Source: Candidatus Moraniibacteriota bacterium (GTDB lineage Bacteria > Patescibacteriota > Minisyncoccia > Moranbacterales > GCA-2747515). From it: 61,448 nt of DNA. The stretch is taken from positions 1 to 61,448 of the forward strand of contig CAMZLB010000025.1 in the NCBI GenBank assembly GCA_947311515.1, read 5' to 3'. This document shows, one piece after another, positions 10,245 through 19,646 of the stretch. Under the pieces are notes generated by a model. That model saw nothing but the letters and a program-made list of their open reading frames with translations, made no database searches and was not told where the DNA came from. Numbering within the stretch: position 1 is the stretch's first letter; every line of letters starts with the position of its first letter. The translations under genes and the position numbers were made by a program.

Positions 10245-11279
10245 TTACCTTTTAATATTTTGAAGATTTTTTTTGATCAAAATATCATCAAAATATTTAG
10301 GTAGCTCAGTTTCATATTCAAACTTTTTTCCATCTAATTCAAAAGATAATTTCTGAGAATGTAAATAAAAAGTATGTAGTGATTCTGGGTTTAAAGTTCT
10401 GAATAATTTTTGATTCAGTTCTTTAAATCCCTTTGTTTCATATTTTACATCTCCTATTATGGGAGTGCCTATATGTCTCATATGTACTCTTATCTGATGC
10501 ATTCTTCCAGTTTTTGGCTTAGCTTCAACTATAGAAATGAATGGAGATATTATTTCCTTACCCATAGTAGAGCTTGTCTTTGTGATTGAAATACCTGACT
10601 CAAAAGAATCTATAGTTTTGTAAGAAGTTACCGCATCTTTAGCTTCACCTTTATATTTTCCAGACTCATTCAATACAACTTTTTGTCTCGTGTACCCCAT
10701 AGCTCTAGCAATTGGTGCATTTATTTCTCCAATCAATTCTTTTGGCTGTCCCCAAACTAATGTTATGTAAGTTTTGTCTATTTTTCTACTTGCAAATTTC
10801 TCCTTCAGCTCTTCAAAAGTTTTTTGATTTTTTGCAATAATCATCAGACCAGATGTGTATTTATCTAATCTGTGCACTATTCCAGGTCGAAGTTCATCAT
10901 CTCCAACCTCTCTTATTTCTGGATACTTAGCCACAAGCCCATTCGTTAAGGTAAATTCCCTTTCTGTTGTACTTGGATGAACTTGAATTCCTCTTTCTTT
11001 GTTTATAATTAAGAAATTTTCATTTTCATCAACTATGTTTAATATAACATTTCCATTTGACATAAGTCCAGTTACCTGTTTCACTAGCTCTTTAATGACT
11101 ATTACATCACCAATTTCTAATTTATAACTTGCTTTTGTTTTTTTATCATTACATACTATTTTTTCACTCTTTAACGCTCGTACCACATCTCCTCTAGAGA
11201 ATGCTGGATTCTTTTTTGATAAAAAAGAATCTATCCTGTTACCTGACTCTTCACTAGTTATTATATAATTTTTATTCAT
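10245..11279 (-). CDS. RluA/RluD-family pseudouridine synthase with S4 domain
   Basis: GIVHRLDKYTSG and TGRMHQIRVH motifs; N-terminal RIDSFL S4 domain. Confidence 0.92.
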   Translation of the reverse strand: MNKNYIITSEESGNRIDSFLSKKNPAFSRGDVVRALKSEKIVCNDKKTKASYKLEIGDVIVIKELVKQVTGLMSNGNVILNIVDENENFLIINKERGIQVHPSTTEREFTLTNGLVAKYPEIREVGDDELRPGIVHRLDKYTSGLMIIAKNQKTFEELKEKFASRKIDKTYITLVWGQPKELIGEINAPIARAMGYTRQKVVLNESGKYKGEAKDAVTSYKTIDSFESGISITKTSSTMGKEIISPFISIVEAKPKTGRMHQIRVHMRHIGTPIIGDVKYETKGFKELNQKLFRTLNPESLHTFYLHSQKLSFELDGKKFEYETELPKYFDDILIKKNLQNIKR

Positions 11280-11285
11280 GAAATA

Positions 11286-11314
11286 ATTATAACACATTTT
11301 TCTATTTTTTGCAA
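11286..11314 (-). promoter_or_regulatory. Sigma70 promoter, probably giving a leaderless rlu transcript
   Basis: TTGCAA-17nt-TATAAT with TGn extension, then 6 nt to the ATG. Confidence 0.6.
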
Positions 11315-11907
11315 ATTCATGAAAACACTATACTTAAATAAAGTCTTTTCATAAATATATCTAAAATCTATTGATTTTTGTGAAATTTTCATATTTTGAC
11401 AAAATTTGAATAATATTTTTCCTAGAAAAACATATAGAACAATTAGAAATGGTATATAATTTAGCTCAAAAATGAGTTCTAGTAACTGCTAGAAATTCAG
11501 AAAGATACAACTATTTTTAAGTATTACTGTGCAATCTTTGAGAAATATTTAGGTGACAAGATTTAGATTTGCAAAAATACTAATATTTGAATTTTGAAAA
11601 GGTTGGAGGAAAACTAAAAAGAATTGATGTAAAATTGATTAGTAATAATTAAAGTTTGGTAAAATTATATTTCATCAGTTATCTACCCATTTATATGTTT
11701 ACCTATTTATAATAGTATAATCATTCCAAAGGTAAATCGAATATTACACAAAAAGTAAAAAATTTAACAATATTATAAATTTCTAATGATAGTATCTCTA
11801 TCCAAAAATTACAGAAGACACTTCTATTGGCTATTAACATATATAGACAAGGGGTTTATTTTTTTAAATAACTATGCTATTCTTTATATAGATGGCTTGA
11901 TTGGTTA

Positions 11908-11936
11908 TTGACAATAATTAAAAGCTATATTATAGT
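11908..11936 (+). promoter_or_regulatory. Sigma70 promoter of secE-nusG-rplK-rplA
   Basis: TTGACA-17nt-TATAGT. Confidence 0.75.
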
Positions 11937-11949
11937 AAAGATACTAATC

Positions 11950-11969
11950 AAAAGCCCACATGGGCTTTT
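11950..11969 (+). promoter_or_regulatory. Hairpin in the secE 5' leader
   Basis: AAAAGCCCA-CA-TGGGCTTTT between the promoter and the secE ATG. Confidence 0.55.
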
Positions 11970-11984
11970 AAAAAACTTAAAAAA

Positions 11985-12170
11985 ATGACTAAAACATTTC
12001 AATTTTTTCGCGAGGCATATGGTGAACTTAGGCGTGTATCATGGCCAACGCGTGAACAAACAATTCAATACACTATACTAGTTATAATAATTAGTTTATT
12101 AGTAGCTTTCCTGCTGGGAGTACTAGATTATTTCTTTGGTGCTCTAGTAAGCGAATTCTTACTTAAGTAA
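11985..12170 (+). CDS. secE: Preprotein translocase subunit SecE
   Basis: ELRRVSWPTR motif plus one TM helix; upstream of nusG. Confidence 0.95.
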   Translation: MTKTFQFFREAYGELRRVSWPTREQTIQYTILVIIISLLVAFLLGVLDYFFGALVSEFLLK

Positions 12171-12184
12171 ATTTAAACAATACA

Positions 12185-12730
12185 ATGGCTAAACAAACAC
12201 AACACCATGGAAAAGCATGGTATGTCCTACATACCTATTCTGGATATGAAGACAACGTTGCACAAAATTTAAAGCAACGTATTGACTCTATGGACATGGA
12301 AGAATTTATATTTGACATTATGATTCCTACAGAGAAGAAGATTAAAATCAAAGCAGGTAAGCGAATTATGGTTGAAGAGAAAATTTATCCCGGTTACGTA
12401 CTAGTTCAAATGCTTGTAACAGATGCTTCATGGTACGTAGTTAGAAATACTCCAAATGTTACAGGTTTCATAGGACTCGGAACCACACCAACTCCAGTAG
12501 ATCCATCAGAAATTACTTCCATAAAAAAACGAATGGGCAAAGAAGAGCCTAAATATAAAATAGATTTAGAAAAAGGCGAGAAGATAAAAGTAATAGATGG
12601 ACCCTTTAAAGAATTTGAAGGAGAGATCAGAGAAACAGATGAGGCTAGAGGTAAGGTAAAGGTACTAATAATGGTATTTGGTCGAGAAACACCTGTTGAA
12701 GTAGATTTTACACAGATTCAGAAAATTTAG
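12185..12730 (+). CDS. nusG: Transcription termination/antitermination factor NusG
   Basis: WYVLHTYSGYE, YPGYVLV, KOW motif, FGRETPVE. Confidence 0.97.
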   Translation: MAKQTQHHGKAWYVLHTYSGYEDNVAQNLKQRIDSMDMEEFIFDIMIPTEKKIKIKAGKRIMVEEKIYPGYVLVQMLVTDASWYVVRNTPNVTGFIGLGTTPTPVDPSEITSIKKRMGKEEPKYKIDLEKGEKIKVIDGPFKEFEGEIRETDEARGKVKVLIMVFGRETPVEVDFTQIQKI

Positions 12731-12758
12731 ATAATAGTTAATTATAATAAAAAATTAT

Positions 12759-13187
12759 ATGGCAGAAAAAAAGATAATGACAACCCTTAAATTGCAAATC
12801 CAAGGAGGTAAGGCTAATCCAGCTCCACCAGTTGGACCAGCATTGGGTCAATGTGGTATAAATATCAATGATTTTTGTAATCAGTTCAATGATAAAACAA
12901 AAGACAAGATGGGTGACATAGTACCTGTTGAAATAACAGTCTATGAAGACAGGTCGTTTAGTTTCATAATGAAAACACCACCAGCTGTAGAATTACTCAA
13001 AAAAGCAGCAGGTATAAAAAAAGGAACCGATAACCCTCTTACAACCAAAGTAGGCAAGGTCACAAAAGCACAAATAAAAGAAATTGCAGAGATAAAAATG
13101 CCAGACCTAAATTCAGCTGATATAGAGGGTGCTATGAAAATAATTGAGGGAAGTGCTCGCTCAATGGGTATAACAGTAGAAAATTAA
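12759..13187 (+). CDS. rplK: 50S ribosomal protein L11
   Basis: [12 protein letters not shown] and GSARSMG motifs. Confidence 0.98.
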   Translation: MAEKKIMTTLKLQIQGGKANPAPPVGPALGQCGININDFCNQFNDKTKDKMGDIVPVEITVYEDRSFSFIMKTPPAVELLKKAAGIKKGTDNPLTTKVGKVTKAQIKEIAEIKMPDLNSADIEGAMKIIEGSARSMGITVEN

Positions 13188-13196
13188 ACATACACA

Positions 13197-13352
13197 ATGA
13201 AAAAAATAAATGTAATTGGAATAGTTCTTATAATAGTAGGTCTACTATTCATAGCAAAAACATATTTTGGCTTATTTTTAAATCTTAGCTGGAGTCATGT
13301 TTGGCCATTTATTTTGGTAGTTTTGGGACTATACTTTGTATCCAAAAAGTAA
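13197..13352 (+). CDS. Small two-TM membrane protein (LiaI/LiaF-TM, DUF5668-like), 51 aa, not in the ORF track
   Basis: MKKINVIGIVLIIVGLLFIAKTYFGLFLNLSWSHVWPFILVVLGLYFVSKK; G..LI..G and WP..L..LG pattern. Confidence 0.75.
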   Translation: MKKINVIGIVLIIVGLLFIAKTYFGLFLNLSWSHVWPFILVVLGLYFVSKK

Positions 13353-13369
13353 AATAATAAATTAATTAT

Positions 13370-13397
13370 GTGGGAGAATTATATTCGATAAAACCAC
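13370..13397 (+). promoter_or_regulatory. L1-binding autoregulatory RNA element upstream of rplA
   Basis: GTGG-GA-GAAT-tat-ATTC-GATAAAA-CCAC, the GUGGGAG...ACCAC L1-target mimic. Confidence 0.75.
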
Positions 13398-13407
13398 AAT
13401 AAACAAT

Positions 13408-14082
13408 ATGAAAATCAGTAAAAGAATCAAGAAAGCAAAAGAATCAATAGAAAAAGGAAAATTATACGAAGCCTTAGAAGGATTCAAACTTGCAAAAGAA
13501 AATGCAGGAGCAAAATTTGATGAATCAATAGAAGTTCATGTAAATTTAAATATCAACCCATCTAAAGGAGATCAAGCCGTACGATCGACAGTTGTATTAC
13601 CTCACGGAACAGGCAAAAATATAAAAGTTTGTGTTATAACAAATGATGAAGCTGAAGCAAAAAAAGCTGGAGCTGATATCATAGGTGGTGAAGATTTAAT
13701 AGCTCAAATAAAAACTGGAAAATTACCCGAGGCTGATGTGATAGTAACTACTCCAGATATGATGCCAAAGCTTGCAACAGCAGCAAAAGTATTAGGTCCG
13801 CGAGGACTTATGCCTAGCCCAAAAACTGATACTGTTACGACAAATATAGTAGAAGCTGTTTCAGATCTCAAAAAAGGGAAAGAAAGCTTTAAGAATGATA
13901 AAGGAGCTTGTATTCATCAGGTAATAGGAAGAGCATCTTTCAGTGAAAGTGATTTAGAAGAAAATTACAATGCTTTTATAGAAGCCTTATTACTTCAAAA
14001 AGCTGACTCTGTAAAAGGAAGACTTATAAAATCTATAGCTGTATGTTCCACAATGGGACCTAGTATCAAGCTTAAAGTATAA
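13408..14082 (+). CDS. rplA: 50S ribosomal protein L1
   Basis: KFDESIE, LPHGTGK, LGPRGLMP and STMGP motifs. Confidence 0.98.
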   Translation: MKISKRIKKAKESIEKGKLYEALEGFKLAKENAGAKFDESIEVHVNLNINPSKGDQAVRSTVVLPHGTGKNIKVCVITNDEAEAKKAGADIIGGEDLIAQIKTGKLPEADVIVTTPDMMPKLATAAKVLGPRGLMPSPKTDTVTTNIVEAVSDLKKGKESFKNDKGACIHQVIGRASFSESDLEENYNAFIEALLLQKADSVKGRLIKSIAVCSTMGPSIKLKV

Positions 14083-14104
14083 TTCTCTAGAAAAATATTT
14101 TCAT

Positions 14105-14140
14105 AAAAACATCCTCCTTGAGAGGTGTTTTTATTTTTTT
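14105..14140 (+). terminator. Intrinsic terminator after rplA
   Basis: AAAAACATC-CTC-cttga-GAG-GTGTTTTT hairpin followed by a T tract. Confidence 0.7.
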
Positions 14141-14147
14141 TTGAAAA

Positions 14148-14300
14148 TTAAGGAAGATTTCAAAAACTTTAAAAGTTTCTATTTTTGTTTTTTTTCAAAA
14201 TACAACTTAAAAAACCTTATAAACAAAGGCTTTTGAAAATGTATTTTAGAACTATTTTATTATTTTTTGCCAATAAGTTAGTTTTGCAGATATTCCTTAA
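14148..14300. mobile_element. MITE-like element family 1, TTAA-flanked with terminal inverted repeats
   Basis: TTAAGGAAG...AAAACT at the left end, AGTTTTGCAG.TATTCCTTAA at the right; homologous to 48408-48556 (reverse) and 134-265. Confidence 0.7.
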
Positions 14301-14328
14301 TATTAGTCGTATTATGATAAACTACAGA

Positions 14329-15327
14329 TTAATTACTCCCTACATATACTGAAAATTGATTTGTATTTTTTATTATTTGATAATTTTTGAAATATTTTGT
14401 GAAAAGTTTTTCAAGTTTTAAACGTGATTGTACAACTATTATAAATTTTCCCTTTTTCTTAAGAGACCTAGGTGAACTTTCTATTAAGTGCTCTATTATT
14501 TTAGTATGCTCTATCTTTTCAGTATGCATCGGAGGATTTGAAACTATAATATCATACCTAATCATTTCATCAAAATTCATAGAATCACTTGCTATGAACT
14601 GAGCACTGGGCATATTTTTTTTAGCTGCAAAAAGAGATATTAAATCTATGTCTAATCCTGTATATTCAATATCAGAAAAATATTTTTTTGCAATAACTCC
14701 TATAATTCCACTACCACAGCCATAATCCAAGATTGATTGTTTATTATTGATAAGTGGTAATAAACTATCCAATAAAACTTTAGTTCCTATATCTAACTTT
14801 CCAGAAGCAAACATTCCTGGATAAAATTCCATGTTTAGATTACTATCATCATACAATAACTCAGTATTTACCTTAAAATCCTGTATATTTTTTTCATCAA
14901 ATTTACTTTTTATCCTAGACATTAACACATGACACCTTTTTTTGAACAGAACAGTTTCTACATTATCAAAAAATATCCTCATCTTTTTTTTTGCTCCTTT
15001 TATGCCCTCATCAGTCATACCGTAAACAATAATTCTAGCATCTTTTATAAGTAAGCCTGATACAATATTTAAAATCATATCAAATGAAGCATGAGATTTG
15101 GGCAATCTTATTACAACCGTATCAAATACACTATTTTCTGGAAATATTTTTGAAGGTAATTTAGTAGAAAAAAATCTATTCCATACAGATAATTTAGAAC
15201 TTCTTTTAGAAAAAAAATTAAATAGTTTAATATCATAATTTTCCACCAATAATACATTACCAAGTTTCTCATCATTCTCAAAAGCCTCCTTAACTATATT
15301 TGTTGCAATCTCTACCCTATTATTCAT
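14329..15327 (-). CDS. RsmC-like class I SAM methyltransferase (MTS_N + MTS)
   Basis: PGMFASGKLDIGT, LDYGCGSG and NPPMH motifs. Confidence 0.85.
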   Translation of the reverse strand: MNNRVEIATNIVKEAFENDEKLGNVLLVENYDIKLFNFFSKRSSKLSVWNRFFSTKLPSKIFPENSVFDTVVIRLPKSHASFDMILNIVSGLLIKDARIIVYGMTDEGIKGAKKKMRIFFDNVETVLFKKRCHVLMSRIKSKFDEKNIQDFKVNTELLYDDSNLNMEFYPGMFASGKLDIGTKVLLDSLLPLINNKQSILDYGCGSGIIGVIAKKYFSDIEYTGLDIDLISLFAAKKNMPSAQFIASDSMNFDEMIRYDIIVSNPPMHTEKIEHTKIIEHLIESSPRSLKKKGKFIIVVQSRLKLEKLFTKYFKNYQIIKNTNQFSVYVGSN

Positions 15328-15345
15328 ATTTAAATTTTATATAAA

Positions 15346-16605
15346 CTATAAATTATGTTTCTGTTTATAAAATTTCCACTGTTTTTTTGACCAATCTTTG
15401 GGCTTTTCGGTAAATTTTTCTTGACCAGGCTGTGGATAGTCATCTGGAGACTTATAATTACTATAAAATGTATCATTTATCACCAAATTACCATTCTTAT
15501 CAAACACTTTTTGTACAAAATATGTTTTCATAGAACCATCCGTATTTCTCTCTGTAACTATCGGACCTTTCATTTCCACGTTCCTACCATCATCTGTTCC
15601 ATAAAACTGAAATACTAACTCATTCCCATGTAATATAGTATCTATTAGTATGTAATTATCTGTATTATTTACAAATTTCATATCCGGTGCAGGAATGTAT
15701 ACTGTAGCATCAAACCCAGTAGGCAAATAATAATGTACAGGGTATGAATGATTTTTTCTTGCAGTGATTTTCATCCCAGTTAACACAGCTGCTCTAAAAA
15801 TCGTTGTCGACACTTGACATGTTCCTCCTCCATATTCAGGTATAGTTTGATTATTTCTTATCACTAACTCTTTTTTATATCCATTTTCACCGTCAACAGG
15901 ACCTAAATTATCAAGAAATGAAAATTCCTTATTAGGAGGAATTAAAAGACCTTTGAACTTACTAGCTGCCGTTTTTATATTATGTATCCTATTCCTTGTA
16001 GATCCTGAAAAGTTACTACGACCTTCACCAATAATTTCCTTCAATCCCAATTGTAAAAAATTATCACTTCGTATTTTTGCTAAGTTTTCTTTCAAACTCA
16101 AGGTGGATAATATTTTTTTATTTTTTAAGTCTTTCTCTATTATTTTTACTGACTCTTCTATATCAACATCTAAACCATTTACATGTGGCTTTGCTATAAT
16201 AACTTTTTTATCCTCTGTTATAGATAATTCAGAATTCACAGGAAGTACTTGAATTTGATTAGCTATACTTTCCACACTAAGCTGAATTTTTTTATCATCT
16301 GTATCAAAAGTAGCTAATTTCTTTTTATAAAACTTACTCTTAATAGTAGATATTAACTCATAAGGCACATCTTTTTGTACTATAAGTCTTGTGTTCTCTA
16401 TCTCTGACATATAGTCAGTAGTGTTTACAATATAAGGCTTTTCTATAAACCACTTATCTAATTCTTCTTTTGGAATAGTAAAGCTCTCTCCATTAGCTAA
16501 AACCTTAAAATCACTAAATTTTTCTGGAATCGATACAGCAAAAACACTACTAGTATTAATTAATAATAGAAAAAAAAATATTGATAAATATCCTAATTTA
16601 CTCAT
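15346..16605 (-). CDS. Secreted VanW-family protein
   Basis: RIHNI, GGGTCQVSTT, NHS, GFDATVY and DMKFVN motifs; signal peptide. Confidence 0.9.
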   Translation of the reverse strand: MSKLGYLSIFFFLLLINTSSVFAVSIPEKFSDFKVLANGESFTIPKEELDKWFIEKPYIVNTTDYMSEIENTRLIVQKDVPYELISTIKSKFYKKKLATFDTDDKKIQLSVESIANQIQVLPVNSELSITEDKKVIIAKPHVNGLDVDIEESVKIIEKDLKNKKILSTLSLKENLAKIRSDNFLQLGLKEIIGEGRSNFSGSTRNRIHNIKTAASKFKGLLIPPNKEFSFLDNLGPVDGENGYKKELVIRNNQTIPEYGGGTCQVSTTIFRAAVLTGMKITARKNHSYPVHYYLPTGFDATVYIPAPDMKFVNNTDNYILIDTILHGNELVFQFYGTDDGRNVEMKGPIVTERNTDGSMKTYFVQKVFDKNGNLVINDTFYSNYKSPDDYPQPGQEKFTEKPKDWSKKQWKFYKQKHNL

Positions 16606-16779
16606 ACATTTAAATTTTTATACTATACTTGAGTAGATTACTATAACCTATCTAATACCTTAATTTCTTGCTAAATTTTTTGATGAAATAATAAATTTTA
16701 GACAGGATTTTAGATAAGCTTCTATAAAAAAAGAAAGCTAAACTGCTCTCTTTTTGCCGTTTATTTGTCAAAAACCTAT

Positions 16780-17295
16780 TTAAAAACCTCTAACAGTGAT
16801 TTTTTTAGTTTTTGTAGTGTCAGCCTTTGGTAATTTTATTGTTAAAATACCATTTTTTAGAGTTGCATCAATCTTTTCGTCAAGTACATCCGTAGGAAGA
16901 ACCAATGAACGAGAAAAAGATCCCCAGTAACACTCTTGATAATAATAATTTTCTTCTGGAATACTATTGTCCTGAGTTCTTGCTCCTTTTATTGTTATCA
17001 TATCATTACTTATGCTAACATCAAGATTCTCAGGCTTAACTCCAGCAATTGTAGATTTAATGACAATATCAGTATCTGTTTGATACACGTCAATTGTTAA
17101 TTGACCCTCCTCATCAACTGCAGATGCCTCTTCTTCCCACATCTCTTCTCTCTGCTGTTCTTGTCGTTGCGGAATCTGTACTTCAGTCTCAACATCCTCA
17201 TCATAAATTTCCATCTGCCGTGGCTGCCCACGCTCAGGAAGCGAAGATCCTGAACCTGTAAATTTATCTAAAAATGAGTGTTTTTCTTTTGCCAT
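16780..17295 (-). CDS. Hsp20/alpha-crystallin small heat-shock protein
   Basis: IDVYQT, YWGSFSRS and ATLKNGILTIKLPK motifs. Confidence 0.93.
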   Translation of the reverse strand: MAKEKHSFLDKFTGSGSSLPERGQPRQMEIYDEDVETEVQIPQRQEQQREEMWEEEASAVDEEGQLTIDVYQTDTDIVIKSTIAGVKPENLDVSISNDMITIKGARTQDNSIPEENYYYQECYWGSFSRSLVLPTDVLDEKIDATLKNGILTIKLPKADTTKTKKITVRGF

Positions 17296-17455
17296 AAAAT
17301 TATTTTAATTTTTGTATCTATTTGTATTATAATATAAAAATAAAAACTACGCAAATAGCCGTATTCAAGAACCTATCTAAAACCTCCTATTGAGGTCAAA
17401 AATATTTACATTTTTCAAGCAGATTCTTAGATTTAAAAATCCAAAATACAAATAC

Positions 17456-17484
17456 TTTACATGCGTCAATTAACATGCTATTAT
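17456..17484 (+). promoter_or_regulatory. Sigma70 promoter, cassette copy 1
   Basis: TTTACA-17nt-TATTAT with TGn extension; repeated at 19516-19544. Confidence 0.65.
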
Positions 17485-17490
17485 CTTATC

Positions 17491-17557
17491 AGGTTAGTTT
17501 TTTGATGTATTTAGCAATGGGCTTATACGCGACAGTGACTTAGTCACAAACTAATCT
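17491..17557 (+). ncRNA. Candidate structured 5' leader RNA (three-way junction), copy 1
   Basis: Outer stem AGGTTAGTTT/AAACTAATCT; inner hairpins TGTAT..AGC..GCT.ATACG and GTGACT-T-AGTCAC. Confidence 0.5.
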
Positions 17558-17587
17558 CAAAGAGCACTTTAACAAAAAGGATTAGCT

Positions 17588-18871
17588 ATGTTACCCATAT
17601 CTAAGATATCTGTGATATTAAAATTAATTTTGATATCAGTTGTGATATTACTCATTCCAGAATATGAAAATATTTTTCTGAATACAGTAATATTTTTACT
17701 TGCGCTTGTATTGGTACTTTTATTATCTATTAACTTAATAAAGGATGTATACAGCATTATTGGACTACAAAACAATGGTCTCAATTTAGGAATCATTGTT
17801 TCTCTGATAGTTTCTATAGAAACTGTGTTATTGGCACATTCATTTCAAATAGTAGAAGATACTGATATGGTATTGGCTATTGATTTGATAACTATCGTAC
17901 TTAGTACTTTTGCAATATTTATGAGCGGTTTTAAAAATGTACCAACCCTTCACAGAGAACAACTAACTTTTATGAATAAAATCCTAGCTGGAAAAGAGTT
18001 ATCAGAAGGACCTAGTTGGTGGTTTCCGTTTGTTGGAGATAGAAATCTCTTTCTTTTAGAAAATAAGCAATTAACAATTTTCAAGAAAGTAAAAGAAATA
18101 TCTATTTCAGATAGCGTTCACTTTAAAATTATGTCTATGCATATCATGTATAAATATCTCAAAGGATCTTTATACAAAGTAATGAACTTAGGAGAAAATA
18201 CAGAAGAAGAGATAAAGAAATTTTCCTTGCCCTATATAAAAAAAGCTATGCTACTAACTATTACAGCAAAAACAAAGGGATGTATAGAGCAAAATGATTC
18301 AGGCTTATCAGTAATGGATTTTTTCTTAAAAAACACGGAACTTATCAATAGAATTCTATTAAATGGTTCCTTTTTTGAATCTCATCAAAGATATAGTTCG
18401 CTACTTCAGGACAATTTTTATATAGATAGTGTAGTAAAACTATATAACAAACAACACCTTGATAAAAAAAATGTACCTAAAAGTAGGAAACTTAGTTGGT
18501 TTACACCAGAAATAGCTCTGGAGTATAAATTACCTGTTTTTACAGACGAACAAGCCGACAATTTAATTTCTAATAATATAGGTACAAGTGAACTAGTAAA
18601 TAATGGCTTGTTGAACAAGTTTCATGAAAACGGTTTTCAATTTATATATTTTATAATAGGACCTATGAAAGTTTCGGAAAATAATGAATATAATGGTAAT
18701 AGTGCCACCAATCCCGCACCCTCGTCGTCTAATAATAGATTTTCAGAGATATGTAGAGAGATTTTTGCATGGATTGAAATAAGAATGATAATGTTCATTG
18801 TTATTATTGTGGGAAGGATATGGTATTTCTTCAATGAAGAAGATACTGATTTTAGTTCTAGTTCTAACTAG
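17588..18871 (+). CDS. Cassette copy 1: multi-TM SPFH-like protein fused to the membrane anchor of the downstream gene; ends at an in-frame TAG
   Basis: Homologous to 21780-23069 (GFKNVP..L.EGP.W; RILLNG.FFESH); C-terminus matches 23071-23949 (IWYFF..TDFSS). Confidence 0.7.
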   Translation: MLPISKISVILKLILISVVILLIPEYENIFLNTVIFLLALVLVLLLSINLIKDVYSIIGLQNNGLNLGIIVSLIVSIETVLLAHSFQIVEDTDMVLAIDLITIVLSTFAIFMSGFKNVPTLHREQLTFMNKILAGKELSEGPSWWFPFVGDRNLFLLENKQLTIFKKVKEISISDSVHFKIMSMHIMYKYLKGSLYKVMNLGENTEEEIKKFSLPYIKKAMLLTITAKTKGCIEQNDSGLSVMDFFLKNTELINRILLNGSFFESHQRYSSLLQDNFYIDSVVKLYNKQHLDKKNVPKSRKLSWFTPEIALEYKLPVFTDEQADNLISNNIGTSELVNNGLLNKFHENGFQFIYFIIGPMKVSENNEYNGNSATNPAPSSSNNRFSEICREIFAWIEIRMIMFIVIIVGRIWYFFNEEDTDFSSSSN

Positions 18872-19351
18872 AATCTGCCTAAACAGATCTTCAAAGATGT
18901 AGTTTTGCCATCTCCAGATGGAACAACTATACTAACTATGGAGGCTAACACAACTTATTTTGTGAAAGCTTCTATGGATCGCAGGTACCGACTGGAAGAG
19001 CACGTTTACCCTAATTACATTGGGCTTTTTTATCCAAATGGAGCATGTAGAGGAATGCCGTCTTTGCACTACCCCGCAGATAAACATGTCAAAAAGGAGT
19101 TTGGAGATGTCAAGTGGCGAAAACCATATGAGGCAGTATTAATAGCTCTCGTATGTACCGACAATGATGATGCTAAGCTGAAATGTGAAGTCCTATCTGA
19201 CAGAACAATCGCAATCAGAGGGAAAAAAGGGGAAAAGCTAAAGCTATCCCTAAATTTCCCAATAGAAAATGGTATATATGATAGAAACGAATATGCCAAA
19301 AAATGTTTTAGGGGTGGCTGGCTGATAACGGTCGAAAGCTCCAAGAATTAA
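18872..19351 (+). CDS. Cassette copy 1 C-terminal surface domain, in frame with 17588 after the TAG
   Basis: NLPKQIFKDVVLPSPDG...GGWLITVESSKN, closely similar to the C-terminus of 23071-23949. Confidence 0.6.
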   Translation, partial: NLPKQIFKDVVLPSPDGTTILTMEANTTYFVKASMDRRYRLEEHVYPNYIGLFYPNGACRGMPSLHYPADKHVKKEFGDVKWRKPYEAVLIALVCTDNDDAKLKCEVLSDRTIAIRGKKGEKLKLSLNFPIENGIYDRNEYAKKCFRGGWLITVESSKN

Positions 19352-19354
19352 AAT

Positions 19355-19384
19355 AAGAGTAGATACATCGCTATCTACTCTTTT
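19355..19384 (+). terminator. Intrinsic terminator, copy 1 (identical at 21360-21389 and 23953-23982)
   Basis: AAGAGTAGATA-catcgc-TATCTACTCTT followed by TT. Confidence 0.85.
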
Positions 19385-19511
19385 GATTTTGTGATATTTT
19401 TACAAAATTAACAATAAACTTGTCCCTAAATAAGATTTTTAATAGAAATAATCAGTACTTTTATTTCTTGTTTTCTGTTTTGTGTCTAAGATTTAAATAT
19501 TTATAATATAG

Positions 19512-19640
19512 ATACTTTACATGCGTCAATTACCATGATATTATCTTATCAGGTTAGTTTTTTGATGTATTTAGCAATGGGCTTATACGCGACAGTGACT
19601 TAGTCACAAACTAATCTCAAAGAGCACTTTAACAAAAAGG
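19512..19640 (+). repeat. Near-identical repeat of the 17452-17580 promoter and leader
   Basis: Direct comparison shows 2 mismatches, offset 2060. Confidence 0.92.
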
Positions 19641-19646
19641 ACGCCT

